NCBI GenBank assembly: GCA_039808645.1
Contig: JBDHTL010000002.1
Span: 1,516-65,515 of the forward strand
Direction of reading: 5' to 3'
DNA: 64,000 nt
Source: Rhodoblastus sp.
GTDB lineage: Bacteria > Pseudomonadota > Alphaproteobacteria > Rhizobiales > Beijerinckiaceae
Numbering within the stretch: the stretch's first letter is position 1; every line of letters begins with the position of its first letter. Below are positions 27,530 through 35,869 of the stretch, one piece after another. Made by a program: the position numbers and the translations under genes. Below the pieces are notes generated by a model. That model worked only from the letters and a program-made list of their open reading frames with translations, had not been told where the DNA came from and ran no database searches.

Positions 27530-28780
27530 TCAGCCGGGGAAGCCGAGTTCGGAGCAGGAGCGCAGGATGTTCTCGGACGCCGGTTCCGAAGCCACGACCT
27601 TGAACATGTCGTTGTCGGCCTTCATGGCCGACTTCGCCTTGGACTCGAGCACGAGCACCGATTGCACGGACTGATGGTCGCACTTCCGGTAGTATTGCGG
27701 GCCCTTGGCGACGTCGTATTTCAGCGCCTCCAGCGCCGGGATCACCTTTTCGGGATCCACGCCACCCGCCGCCTGCATCGCCATCAGCAACGAATAGACG
27801 CCGGTGAAGCCGTAGGCGCCGTAGTCGGTGGGCGTCGCGCCGTTGTTGGCGGCGCGGAACGCGTCGTTGAACGCCTTGGCGGACGGGACCGTCTCCTCGA
27901 GACCCCAGTAGAAGTTCGCGCCGCCGACGACGCCCTCGAACACGTCCGGTCCCGCCGCGAGCCGCTGGTTGTGCAACAGCACCGGCACGACGATCTTCAT
28001 CTGCTGCTTGACGCCGAAATCGACCGCCTGCTTGATCGAATTCGCCTGGTCGCGGCCGAAGTTGCAGATACACAATATGTCGGGCTTCATCGCGCGCAGG
28101 CGCGGAATGAAAGTCGAGTAATCCGCAGCGCCGAAGGGATGCAGGATCTCGCCGACGCCTTCGGCGCCGATCGCGGCTTGCGCCCGCTTGAAACCGCGCA
28201 GCATCTCATGGCCGTAGGCGTAGTCGGCGGCGAGATAGGCGATCTTCATCCCCTTCTTGAAGGTTTGCTTGGCGACGGCGGCCGTCGTCATATGCGGGTT
28301 CATCGCCTCGTGGAAGGTGAAGCGGCTGGCGTCCTTGACCTCGTTGATGGCGTCGGACTGGCTGATCGACACGTAGAGTACGCCGCGCGCGCGCGTCACC
28401 TCGTTGACGGCGAGCTGGATCGCCGCCGACAGGGCGCCGACGACGGCGTGCACCTTGTCCTTCTCGATCAGTTCGAGCGTGCGCGTCGCGGCCTCTCCGG
28501 CGTTGAGCTTGTCGTCGCGCACGATCAGCTCGACCTTGCGGCCGGCGACGCCGCCCTTGTCGTTGATGAGCTTGACGGCGAGTTCCGCGCTCTTGACCTG
28601 GTCCTTCGCTTCGGCTGCGAAGGGTCCGGTCAGCGGGGAGGGAAAGCCGATGCGCACCGTCTCCGCCTGCGCGCGCGCCACCCAGGGCATGGAGATGGCG
28701 GCGGCCGAGACGGCAAGTCCCGCCAGCGCGTCGCGCCGTGACGACAACAGCGATTGCGGCCTGTTCGAACGCTCGTTCAT
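27530..28780 (-). CDS. ABC substrate-binding protein (LivJ/AmiC-like) with Tat-type signal
   Basis: ATG 28780 is preceded by GGGAGGAAACC. Signal SRRDALAGLAVSAAAISMPWVARA. It is a paralog of the binding proteins at 4655-5902 and 39177-40415. Confidence 0.9.
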   Translation of the reverse strand: MNERSNRPQSLLSSRRDALAGLAVSAAAISMPWVARAQAETVRIGFPSPLTGPFAAEAKDQVKSAELAVKLINDKGGVAGRKVELIVRDDKLNAGEAATRTLELIEKDKVHAVVGALSAAIQLAVNEVTRARGVLYVSISQSDAINEVKDASRFTFHEAMNPHMTTAAVAKQTFKKGMKIAYLAADYAYGHEMLRGFKRAQAAIGAEGVGEILHPFGAADYSTFIPRLRAMKPDILCICNFGRDQANSIKQAVDFGVKQQMKIVVPVLLHNQRLAAGPDVFEGVVGGANFYWGLEETVPSAKAFNDAFRAANNGATPTDYGAYGFTGVYSLLMAMQAAGGVDPEKVIPALEALKYDVAKGPQYYRKCDHQSVQSVLVLESKAKSAMKADNDMFKVVASEPASENILRSCSELGFPG

Positions 28781-28802
28781 GGTTTCCTCCCGGGAGCGGT
28801 TT

Positions 28803-31181
28803 TCATATTCTTCCAAGCGACTTCAGGATGCGAGCGGGCGTCATGGGGATCTGGGCGATGCGGCCGCCGAGCGGCGCCAGGGCGTCGTTGACGGCGTTGA
28901 GAGCGGCGCCGGACGCCGCGGCGGTGCCGGCCTCGCCGCATCCCTTGGCGCCGAGCGCGGTATCGCGCGTCGGCGTCTCCATGTGGGCGATCACGACGTC
29001 CGGGAGTTCGCAAGACATCGGCGTGAGGTAATCGACGAGCGAGCCGTTCAGAAGCTGGCCGTTCTCGGAATAGAGACATTCCTCGAAGAAGGCGGCTCCC
29101 AGACCCTGGGCGACGCCGCCGCGCACCTGCTCGTCCACCAGCAGCGGATTGATGATCCGCCCGCAATCCTCGACGACCCAGTGTTTCAGGATCTTCGTGA
29201 AACCGGTCTCGACGTCGACCTCGACATGGCAGGCGTGCACGCCATTGGTGAAGGCGAAAGGATAGCCGCTCGGCGCGTAGTGATGCGCGACGGTGAGCTG
29301 CGCGTCGGTTCCCGGCGGCAATGTATCGGAGCGAAAATAGGCGATGCGCGCGATTTCCGCGAGCGGCAGGCGCTCGGCGCCGGTGGCGGCGTCGACGATC
29401 ATCCCGGCGCGCAGATCGAGATCGCCGGGCCTGGCCTGCAGAATGGCCGCTGCGAGTTCGAGCACGCGGGCCTTGAGCTTGCGCGCGCCCTGCAACGCCG
29501 TTTCGCCGCCGATGCCGGCGCCGCGACAGGCCCAGGTCGCCCCGCCATGCGGCGTCGTCTCGGTGTCGCCGGTCATCACGCGCACCGTCTCGAAGGGAAC
29601 CCCGAGTTCGTCTGCGACGATCTGGCCGATGATCGTCTCGGTGCCCTGGCCCTGCTCGGTGACGGAAATCGCGCAGCGCACGTCGCCGCGTGGCGTGATC
29701 GTGACGACGGCGCCATCCTGGGCGGAAATACGCGCGCCGCCGACGCCGTAGAAGGCAGGCGAAGGATTGGTGATCTCGACGAAGGCTGCGACCCCAATGC
29801 CGCGATAGACGCCTTTTTCGCGCAACGCGCGCTGCTCGGCGCGCAGGGCGTCGTAGTCGATCATCTCGCGCAGCTTGTCGAGGCACGCCTGGTGCGACAG
29901 TTTCTCGAACCTGTACCCGGTCGGCGACGTGCAAGGATAGGCGTCGTCGGGAATGAGGTTCCTTTCGCGAAAAGCGACGGGATCGAAGCCTGCCTGCGCT
30001 GCGGCGAGATCGACAAGACGCTCCGTTACAGCGCAGGCGATGGGATGGCCGACCGCGCGGTACTGGCTCGTCTGCACCTTGTTCTGGAACAGGACGTCGA
30101 GTTCGGCGCGATAGGTCTGGCAGGCGTAGGGCGCGCCGATCAGGCGGATCACCTGGTTGCCTTCGACCGCGCTGGTGCGCGGATAGGTGGAGAACGGGCC
30201 GATGGCGGTCTCGTCCTTCACGTCGATCGCGACGATGCGGCCTTCGCCGTCGACCGCCATCCGCGCACGCACGCGATGGTCGCGCGCATGAATGTCGGAC
30301 AGGAAGGATTCGATGCGATCGGCGACGAACTTGACCGGCCGCCCGAGCAGGATCGACAGGCCGACGACCGCGACGTCCTCGTGGTAGACATGCAGCTTCA
30401 TCCCGAACGAGCCGCCGATGTCGGGCGCGACGACGCGGACGTTGGCCTCGGGAATGTCGAAGTGACGCGAGTAGATGTCCTGGAACTGGTAGGGGGTCTG
30501 CGTCGCGTGATGAACGGTGAGCTTGCCTTCGGCAGGATCGTAGTCCGCGATCAGCGCGCGTGGCTCGAGCGTCGCCGCCGTATGGCGCCCGAAGACGAAT
30601 TCCTCTTCCACCACATGCGCGGCGCTCGCAAGGGCTTCGTCGACGCCCGCGCTGTCGAGCTTCAAGTGAAAGCAGACATTGTCGGCAAATGACGGCTCGA
30701 CGCGCGGCGCGTCGGGCGCGCGCGCCTGGTCGAGCGTCGCCACGGGGTCGAGCTCCTCGAAGGAGATTTCGATCAGTTCGGCCGCATCCTCGGCCTGCGC
30801 GCGCGTATCCGCCACGACAGCGACGACGGCCTGGCCCGACCAGACGACGCGCTCGAGCGGCAGCGGCAGCTGCGGCGGCGACTTCATGCCCTTGAAATGG
30901 TCGAGCACGCCGGTCCACGGTTTGCAGATGGCGGCGAGGTCGGCGCCGGTGGCCACGAGCCGCACGCCCGGCGCAGCGCGCGCGACGTCGACGTTGATCG
31001 ACGCGATGCGCGCATGGGCGTACGGACTGCGAAGGAAAGCGGCGTGCAGCATGCGCGGCAGACGCATGTCGCCGACATAGCGGCCGCGGCCGGCGAGCAG
31101 CCGCTTGGCGTTCGGGCGGGCGACCGCGCGGCCGATATACGAATTCGGACGATCGAGCGAGGTCAATGGAGCGTCGGTCAT
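28803..31181 (-). CDS. Molybdopterin-dependent hydroxylase large subunit (xanthine dehydrogenase / CoxL family), not a canonical CO dehydrogenase
   Basis: MTDAPLTSLDRPNSYIGRAV..., and the GGSFGMK motif. The active-site loop reads QYRAVGHP (30042-30065) rather than the CODH motifs. ATG 31181 forms an ATGA overlap with the small-subunit stop. Confidence 0.88.
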   Translation of the reverse strand: MTDAPLTSLDRPNSYIGRAVARPNAKRLLAGRGRYVGDMRLPRMLHAAFLRSPYAHARIASINVDVARAAPGVRLVATGADLAAICKPWTGVLDHFKGMKSPPQLPLPLERVVWSGQAVVAVVADTRAQAEDAAELIEISFEELDPVATLDQARAPDAPRVEPSFADNVCFHLKLDSAGVDEALASAAHVVEEEFVFGRHTAATLEPRALIADYDPAEGKLTVHHATQTPYQFQDIYSRHFDIPEANVRVVAPDIGGSFGMKLHVYHEDVAVVGLSILLGRPVKFVADRIESFLSDIHARDHRVRARMAVDGEGRIVAIDVKDETAIGPFSTYPRTSAVEGNQVIRLIGAPYACQTYRAELDVLFQNKVQTSQYRAVGHPIACAVTERLVDLAAAQAGFDPVAFRERNLIPDDAYPCTSPTGYRFEKLSHQACLDKLREMIDYDALRAEQRALREKGVYRGIGVAAFVEITNPSPAFYGVGGARISAQDGAVVTITPRGDVRCAISVTEQGQGTETIIGQIVADELGVPFETVRVMTGDTETTPHGGATWACRGAGIGGETALQGARKLKARVLELAAAILQARPGDLDLRAGMIVDAATGAERLPLAEIARIAYFRSDTLPPGTDAQLTVAHHYAPSGYPFAFTNGVHACHVEVDVETGFTKILKHWVVEDCGRIINPLLVDEQVRGGVAQGLGAAFFEECLYSENGQLLNGSLVDYLTPMSCELPDVVIAHMETPTRDTALGAKGCGEAGTAAASGAALNAVNDALAPLGGRIAQIPMTPARILKSLGRI

Positions 31182-31681
31182 GCCGGCTGCGTCTCTCTCG
31201 TGCACGCGCCATCGCGCGCCTTCGCCGTTGTCTCGATGGCGTCGACGATCGCCTCGTAGCCGGTACAGCGGCAGTAATTGCCGGAAAGCGCGTCGCGGAT
31301 TTCCTCGCGCGACGGGACGCCGCCGCGTTGCAGAATGGCGTAGGCGCTGACCAGCATGCCCGGCGTGCAATAGCCGCACTGCAGGGCGTTGCGCTGGTGG
31401 AACGCGTCCTGCAGGTCGGCGAGCGCGCCGCGTTCCGTGATCCCCTCGATCGTTTCGACGCGACCGCCTGCGGCCTGGACCGCCAGGGTCAGGCAGGCGT
31501 GGACCGGCCGGTCCTCGATCAGCACGAGGCAGGCGCCGCAGGCGCCCATTTCGCAGCCGAGATGCGTGCCGGTCAGCTGGAGATCCTCCCGCAGGAAATC
31601 GGCCAGCGTCGTGCGTGGTTCGACCAGGCGAGCGACGTTGGCGCCGTTGACGTTGAGAACGACGGGGATCATGTCGCTCAT
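31178..31681 (-). CDS. [2Fe-2S]-binding small subunit of the molybdenum hydroxylase (CoxS-like)
   Basis: Cys clusters GCEMGACGACLVL...HAC and QCGYCTPGM...CRCTGY. Confidence 0.92.
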   Translation of the reverse strand: MSDMIPVVLNVNGANVARLVEPRTTLADFLREDLQLTGTHLGCEMGACGACLVLIEDRPVHACLTLAVQAAGGRVETIEGITERGALADLQDAFHQRNALQCGYCTPGMLVSAYAILQRGGVPSREEIRDALSGNYCRCTGYEAIVDAIETTAKARDGACTRETQPA

Positions 31682-32541
31682 GCGGCGCCTCCGAGACGCT
31701 GGAGCGTCCGGCCGAGCAGGACGCGGGCAAGGCGGCGGCGCATGGTCGCCGGCGTCCGATCGTCCTCGGGCGGATCGATATCGGAATCGAGGGCGGCCTG
31801 CGCGCTCCGGATGGCGGCTTCGTCGAGCGCGCCGCCGATCAGCGTCCTCTCGACGGACGTTGCGCGGGTCGGCTTCGGCCCGACGGACAGAAAGGCGATT
31901 CCGGCGTCGGTTACGCGGCCGGCGGAATCGAGCCCGACGCGCGCCGCGCAGCCGACGAGCCCATAATCGCCACGCCGCACGGCGAGTTCATCGAAGGCGC
32001 AGCGATCGGTGTCGCGCGCGCAGGGAACGTGGACGGCTGCGAGCAGTTCGCCGGGCTCCAGCGCGGTCTCGAACAGGTCGCGGAAGAAGTCGTCGGCTTC
32101 GACCATGCGCGCGCCTCCGGCGCCGACGATCTCGAAGCGGGCGCGCAGCGCGAGCAGCACGGTCGGAAATTCGGCGGCCGGGTCCGCGAGCGCCACGCTG
32201 CCGCCGATCGTGCCGCGGTTGCGGATCGCAGGATGCGCGACGAAAGGCGCGGCCAGCGCGAGCAGCGGCGCATGGCGCGCGATCAGCGGATTTTCCAGCA
32301 TTTCGGCGTGGCGCGTCAGCGCGCCGATCCGCAAGGCGTCGCCCTCCACGGAAACGCCGCGCAGCGCGTCGATGTGGGCGATGTCGATGAGGACGCCGGG
32401 CGCCTGCAGGCGCAACGCAAGCGAGGGAATCAGGCTCTGGCCGCCGGCGATGAACGCGGCGTCGCCATCGGCGGCGGCGTGAGCGGCCAGCGCCTGCGCG
32501 ATCGTCGAAACGCGCTCGTATTTGAACGCCCGCGCTTTCAC
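31678..32541 (-). CDS. FAD-binding medium subunit of the molybdenum hydroxylase (CoxM-like)
   Basis: FIAGGQSLIPSLALRL FAD-binding motif. GTG 32541 is preceded by GGGAGGAAGC. The track's upstream extension is an AT-rich leader. Confidence 0.85.
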   Translation of the reverse strand: MKARAFKYERVSTIAQALAAHAAADGDAAFIAGGQSLIPSLALRLQAPGVLIDIAHIDALRGVSVEGDALRIGALTRHAEMLENPLIARHAPLLALAAPFVAHPAIRNRGTIGGSVALADPAAEFPTVLLALRARFEIVGAGGARMVEADDFFRDLFETALEPGELLAAVHVPCARDTDRCAFDELAVRRGDYGLVGCAARVGLDSAGRVTDAGIAFLSVGPKPTRATSVERTLIGGALDEAAIRSAQAALDSDIDPPEDDRTPATMRRRLARVLLGRTLQRLGGAA

Positions 32542-32567
32542 GCTTCCTCCCGGCGTATGGCCTCTAT

Positions 32568-32587
32568 TTTGTGACCATTTGGTTACA
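32568..32587. promoter_or_regulatory. Dyad TTGTGACCA-tt-TGGTTACAA between the hydroxylase operon and the divergent TetR gene; candidate TetR operator
   Basis: 9-bp arms with one mismatch. It lies 27-46 nt upstream of the coxM-like GTG, in the AT-richest stretch of the window. Confidence 0.4.
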
Positions 32588-32753
32588 AAGTATCCGACGA
32601 GAGTGTAGAGTGTCAATCCACCTGGATCGGCCTATTTTTGAGCGGACTCGCTCAAGAGCGGAAAAGCCGATCGGTTTCAAAGTGTAGAGCGCGCGTTTCG
32701 CGAAAACCGGCATCCCGTTTTTCGCCGCGCGCTCCGGCTGGGATGACGGGGAC

Positions 32754-33494
32754 ATGCAGAAGGCGAAGGACGCCGAACGTCCGAGGCGCACGATCGAGCG
32801 CGAGCCGGTGAAATCGAAGGCGGCGCCGCAACGCCGCACGAACATGCGCGCGGCCGACCGCGAGCGCTTCATCCTGGAGGGCGCCGTCCGATTTTTCGCC
32901 GAGCATGGCTTTGCCGGCCAGACGCGTGAACTCGCAAAGAGCCTGTCGATGAGCCATGCGGCGATCTACCGGCATTTCCCCAGCAAGGACGCGCTGATCG
33001 AACGCGTCTACGAGCACGTCTATCTCAGCCGCTGGAACGCCGATTGGGGAGCGCTGATCAAGGATCGCACGCGCCCGCTCGAAGTTCGACTCGTGCAGTT
33101 CTACCTCGAATATGCAGCCCGCATCTTCACCTATGAATGGGTGCGGATCTTCGTCTTTGCAGGACTGCGTTCGTTCGATCTGTCAGGCCGGTATCTTGCA
33201 GTGGTGCGGGAACGGCTGATAACGCCGGTTTGCATCGAGTTCCGCGCCGAATGCGGTCTGCCCGGCATTGACGAGGCGCCTCTGTCGGAACGCGAAAGCG
33301 AATTGTTCTGGGGCCTTCACGGCCGAATCTTCTATCTGGCGATCCGCAAATTCGTCTACGGCGTGCATGTGCCCGAACATCTCGATGCGATCATAGAGGA
33401 CGCCGTGCGCGCCACGTTCGCCGGCATGAAAACCAGCATTGCAGACCTTGTCGGGCCGACTGGCGAAGCCGTCCTCGCAGCGCGAATCCGATAG
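32754..33494 (+). CDS. TetR-family transcriptional regulator
   Basis: HTH FAGQTRELAKSLSMSHAAIYRHFPSKDALIERV. The start is uncertain (ATG 32754 or ATG 32844). Confidence 0.85.
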   Translation: MQKAKDAERPRRTIEREPVKSKAAPQRRTNMRAADRERFILEGAVRFFAEHGFAGQTRELAKSLSMSHAAIYRHFPSKDALIERVYEHVYLSRWNADWGALIKDRTRPLEVRLVQFYLEYAARIFTYEWVRIFVFAGLRSFDLSGRYLAVVRERLITPVCIEFRAECGLPGIDEAPLSERESELFWGLHGRIFYLAIRKFVYGVHVPEHLDAIIEDAVRATFAGMKTSIADLVGPTGEAVLAARIR

Positions 33495-33516
33495 TCGCGC
33501 CCCGGCCCGGCGATCG

Positions 33517-33716
33517 TCAGGTTCTGACCTTCGACCAGGCCTTCGCCCGCAAGGCCCGCGCACGTAGGCGAGGCGCGGCGCTATGCTCGCGGCCTGCTGC
33601 GCGGTGATGAAGCCGATGCGCGCGCGCCGCTCCTGCGCGGCGGCCGGTCCGAACGGGGCGGCCGACACGAGACCTAGAGCGCTCGAAACGAACGCGCGGC
33701 GCGTGAGCTTGCTCAT
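33517..33716 (-). pseudogene. Frameshifted, truncated remnant of a periplasmic ABC substrate-binding protein gene
   Basis: ATG 33716 follows GGAGGAAC. It encodes a Tat-like signal plus MSKLTRRAFVSSALGLVSAAPFGPAAAQERRARIGFITAQQ. The expected continuation GLAGEGLVEGQNLTIAG appears only in the -1 frame. The fragment then runs into the TetR gene's 3' end. Confidence 0.45.
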
Positions 33717-33851
33717 GAGCGGTTCCTCCTGCCGGCGCGCCAACATGCCCGAACCTCAGCCGCAGGATTGGCCCGGACCGGGGCCGGGTCAACGATCCAT
33801 TGGCGCCGGCGCCGCAGTATCGTCCGCGGATCGAAAGCCCGCTCCTCCGCG

Positions 33852-34727
33852 TCAGGACCGCTTGAAGCGGAAATCGAAGCCGTCGCCCAGGGGCGTTATC
33901 AGTCCTGCGGTGGGGCGGGGAAAATGAATGGGCAGGACGAGCGTATTGGTGTCCGCCACGCTCGCCAGAAAGACGCGACGCGACATTTCCGACTGCTTCT
34001 GGTCCCAATCCACCCGCGCCGACCAGTGAACCTCCCGGCACTGGATCGCATGATGGATGAGATCGCCGGACACCACGGCCCGCTCCCCGCGCGAGTGGAT
34101 GTTGACGCAGCAATGGCAGGGCGAATGCCCGGGCGTCGGCGTCAGCGTGATCGTCTCGTCGAGCGCATAGCCGTCGTCGACGAGCAGCGCCTGGCCCGCC
34201 TCGACGATCGGCAGGCAATTGTCCCGGAAGACCGAGCCCGGCGGGTCCTTTCCCTTGGCGCTTTCGCTCGCCCAGGCTTCATATTCCCCGCGGTGGAAGA
34301 CATATCTGGCGTTCGGAAACGTCGGAACCCACCGCCCGTCGCGCAATGTGGTGTTCCAGCCGGTGTGATCGATGTGAAGATGCGTGCAAAATACATAGTC
34401 GATCGCATCGAAGCCGAGCCCAAGCGCGAGAAACTCGCGGCGCCAGCGTTCCTTGCCGGGAAAGTCGAAGGGCGGCGGATGCCCCTTGTGCTCGCCGGTG
34501 CAGGTGTCGATCAGGATGACGTGGCGTGGCGTTCGCACGACGAATGTCTGGTACGTAAATGGCATCAGGCCGGTGGCGGCGTCGAAAACCTCCGGCTCCA
34601 TCGTCCGCAGGTGGCGCCTGAACACGTCGTCGTCGTAGGCGGGAAAGAAATCGACGGGCCGTCGCCACGGGCCTTCGCGTTCGACGATCGCGTCGATCGT
34701 CACATCGCCGATCCGCGCCTGTTTCAT
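33852..34727 (-). CDS. MBL-fold metallo-hydrolase (lactonase-like)
   Basis: Zinc motif CTHLHIDHTGWN (HxHxDH), plus the downstream TPGHSPCH. 291 aa. Confidence 0.85.
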   Translation of the reverse strand: MKQARIGDVTIDAIVEREGPWRRPVDFFPAYDDDVFRRHLRTMEPEVFDAATGLMPFTYQTFVVRTPRHVILIDTCTGEHKGHPPPFDFPGKERWRREFLALGLGFDAIDYVFCTHLHIDHTGWNTTLRDGRWVPTFPNARYVFHRGEYEAWASESAKGKDPPGSVFRDNCLPIVEAGQALLVDDGYALDETITLTPTPGHSPCHCCVNIHSRGERAVVSGDLIHHAIQCREVHWSARVDWDQKQSEMSRRVFLASVADTNTLVLPIHFPRPTAGLITPLGDGFDFRFKRS

Positions 34728-34746
34728 GTGATCCTCGCGAATCCCG

Positions 34747-35742
34747 TCACTCGGCTGCGGGCAGCAATTCGTCCGGCCGGCGTTCGTAGCGCCGCTGCTC
34801 GTTCGCGTCGAGCAGCCGCACGCCGCGCCATTCGCCGGACATGACGAGGCGCGTGGCCGTATCCTGGATTTCGCGCGCGACGGCGGAGGCCGCCGGCGAC
34901 AGCAGGTTCGCCGAGATCGAATGCAGATAGTTGCGGCGCGTGATGCGCGCGTCGGAAATCGACAATGCGCGCCAGCGCTTTCCGCGCGCGCCCTCGAGCT
35001 GCAGCGCGGACATGGGTTTGATCGTCGCGCCGACGCCGTCGTAAACGCAGCTCATCAGCAGCGAGAGCGAGTCGATTTCCGCGACCACATGCGGCTTCAG
35101 GTCGCGGCGCTCGAATTCGGCCACCACGCGCCGGCGCAGCCCATGCGTGCTCGTCGGCAGGATCAGCGGAAGCTGCGCGACCTCGGCCACCGTCATGCTC
35201 GTGCAATGGGCCGGCGCATAGGGGCTGCTCTCCGGGAAAAGCACGAACAATTCCTCTTCGAGCAGCGCGGTGGCGTCGAGCTTGGACGACACGTCGTTGG
35301 AAAAGAGAATGGCGAGGTCGAGCTGGCCGAGCCGCATCATTTGCGCGATGTGCCCGCTCATGCCCTCCACGACATTGAGCAGGATGCCCGGATATTGCCG
35401 CCGGATGGCCTTCATCAGCGGAAGGCCGATGGCCAGCACCGTCGTGGCGGGCAGGCCGACCGACACCATGCCCTGGACCGCGCCGGCGTCCTGCCGCGCG
35501 ATCGACAGCGCCTGATCCATCTGCCTGAGAACGAACAGCGCGTGGTGATACAGCGCGAGACCGTTCTCGGTCGGGGTCACGCCCCGCGAAGAACGCTGCA
35601 GCAGGGGTTTGCCGACCTCGTCCTCGAGCTTGGCGATCTGCTGGCTGAGCGCGGGCTGCGCGATGAAGAGGCAGCGCGAGGCCTTCGACAGGCTGCCGCT
35701 TTCCACGATCTGGGCGAAATAACGCAATTGGCGCAGGTCCAT
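34747..35742 (-). CDS. LysR-family transcriptional regulator
   Basis: MDLRQLRYFAQIVESGSLSKASRCLFIAQPALSQQIAKLEDEVG. I prefer ATG 35742. Confidence 0.9.
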   Translation of the reverse strand: MDLRQLRYFAQIVESGSLSKASRCLFIAQPALSQQIAKLEDEVGKPLLQRSSRGVTPTENGLALYHHALFVLRQMDQALSIARQDAGAVQGMVSVGLPATTVLAIGLPLMKAIRRQYPGILLNVVEGMSGHIAQMMRLGQLDLAILFSNDVSSKLDATALLEEELFVLFPESSPYAPAHCTSMTVAEVAQLPLILPTSTHGLRRRVVAEFERRDLKPHVVAEIDSLSLLMSCVYDGVGATIKPMSALQLEGARGKRWRALSISDARITRRNYLHSISANLLSPAASAVAREIQDTATRLVMSGEWRGVRLLDANEQRRYERRPDELLPAAE

Positions 35743-35769
35743 GCCCGCAACTCCTCCCACGCGCCGGCT

Positions 35770-35784
35770 ATATGCGGCGCTTAT
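35770..35784. promoter_or_regulatory. Near-palindromic T-N11-A element ATATGCGGCGCTTAT; candidate LysR binding site
   Basis: 12 of 15 positions are self-complementary, with T35771 and A35783 spaced N11. It lies in the 127-nt divergent region between the LysR and ALDH genes. Confidence 0.35.
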
Positions 35785-35869
35785 GGCGGCCAATCCAATT
35801 CCCTATTTTTGCTTATGTCAAACCGGGGCTAATGATCGAAGCGACAAGAAGCGTAGAGGGAGGCGATGG

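Noticed and set aside
25659-28073. 804-aa ORF, and likewise the long N-terminal extensions of track ORFs 40915-43902, 19945-21693, 20907-22448, 14594-16789, 44587-46074, 45150-47039 and 49000-50916
   Set aside because: In each case only the C-terminal part shows family motifs, and it begins at an internal ATG or GTG with an RBS or an ATGA overlap. The upstream portion overlaps the preceding gene in another frame.
28803-31730. 975-aa ORF suggesting a fused small-plus-large hydroxylase subunit
   Set aside because: The first 183 codons are an off-frame read-through of the 2Fe-2S subunit gene and give nonsense sequence. The real large-subunit start is ATG 31181 (MTDAPLTSL), overlapping the small-subunit stop.
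28803-32541. Annotation as aerobic carbon monoxide dehydrogenase (coxMSL)
   Set aside because: The large subunit lacks both the form I (VAYRCSFR) and form II (AYRGAGR) signature loops. No coxDEFG-type accessory genes are adjacent. The operon continues straight into an ABC importer. I call it a generic molybdenum hydroxylase instead.
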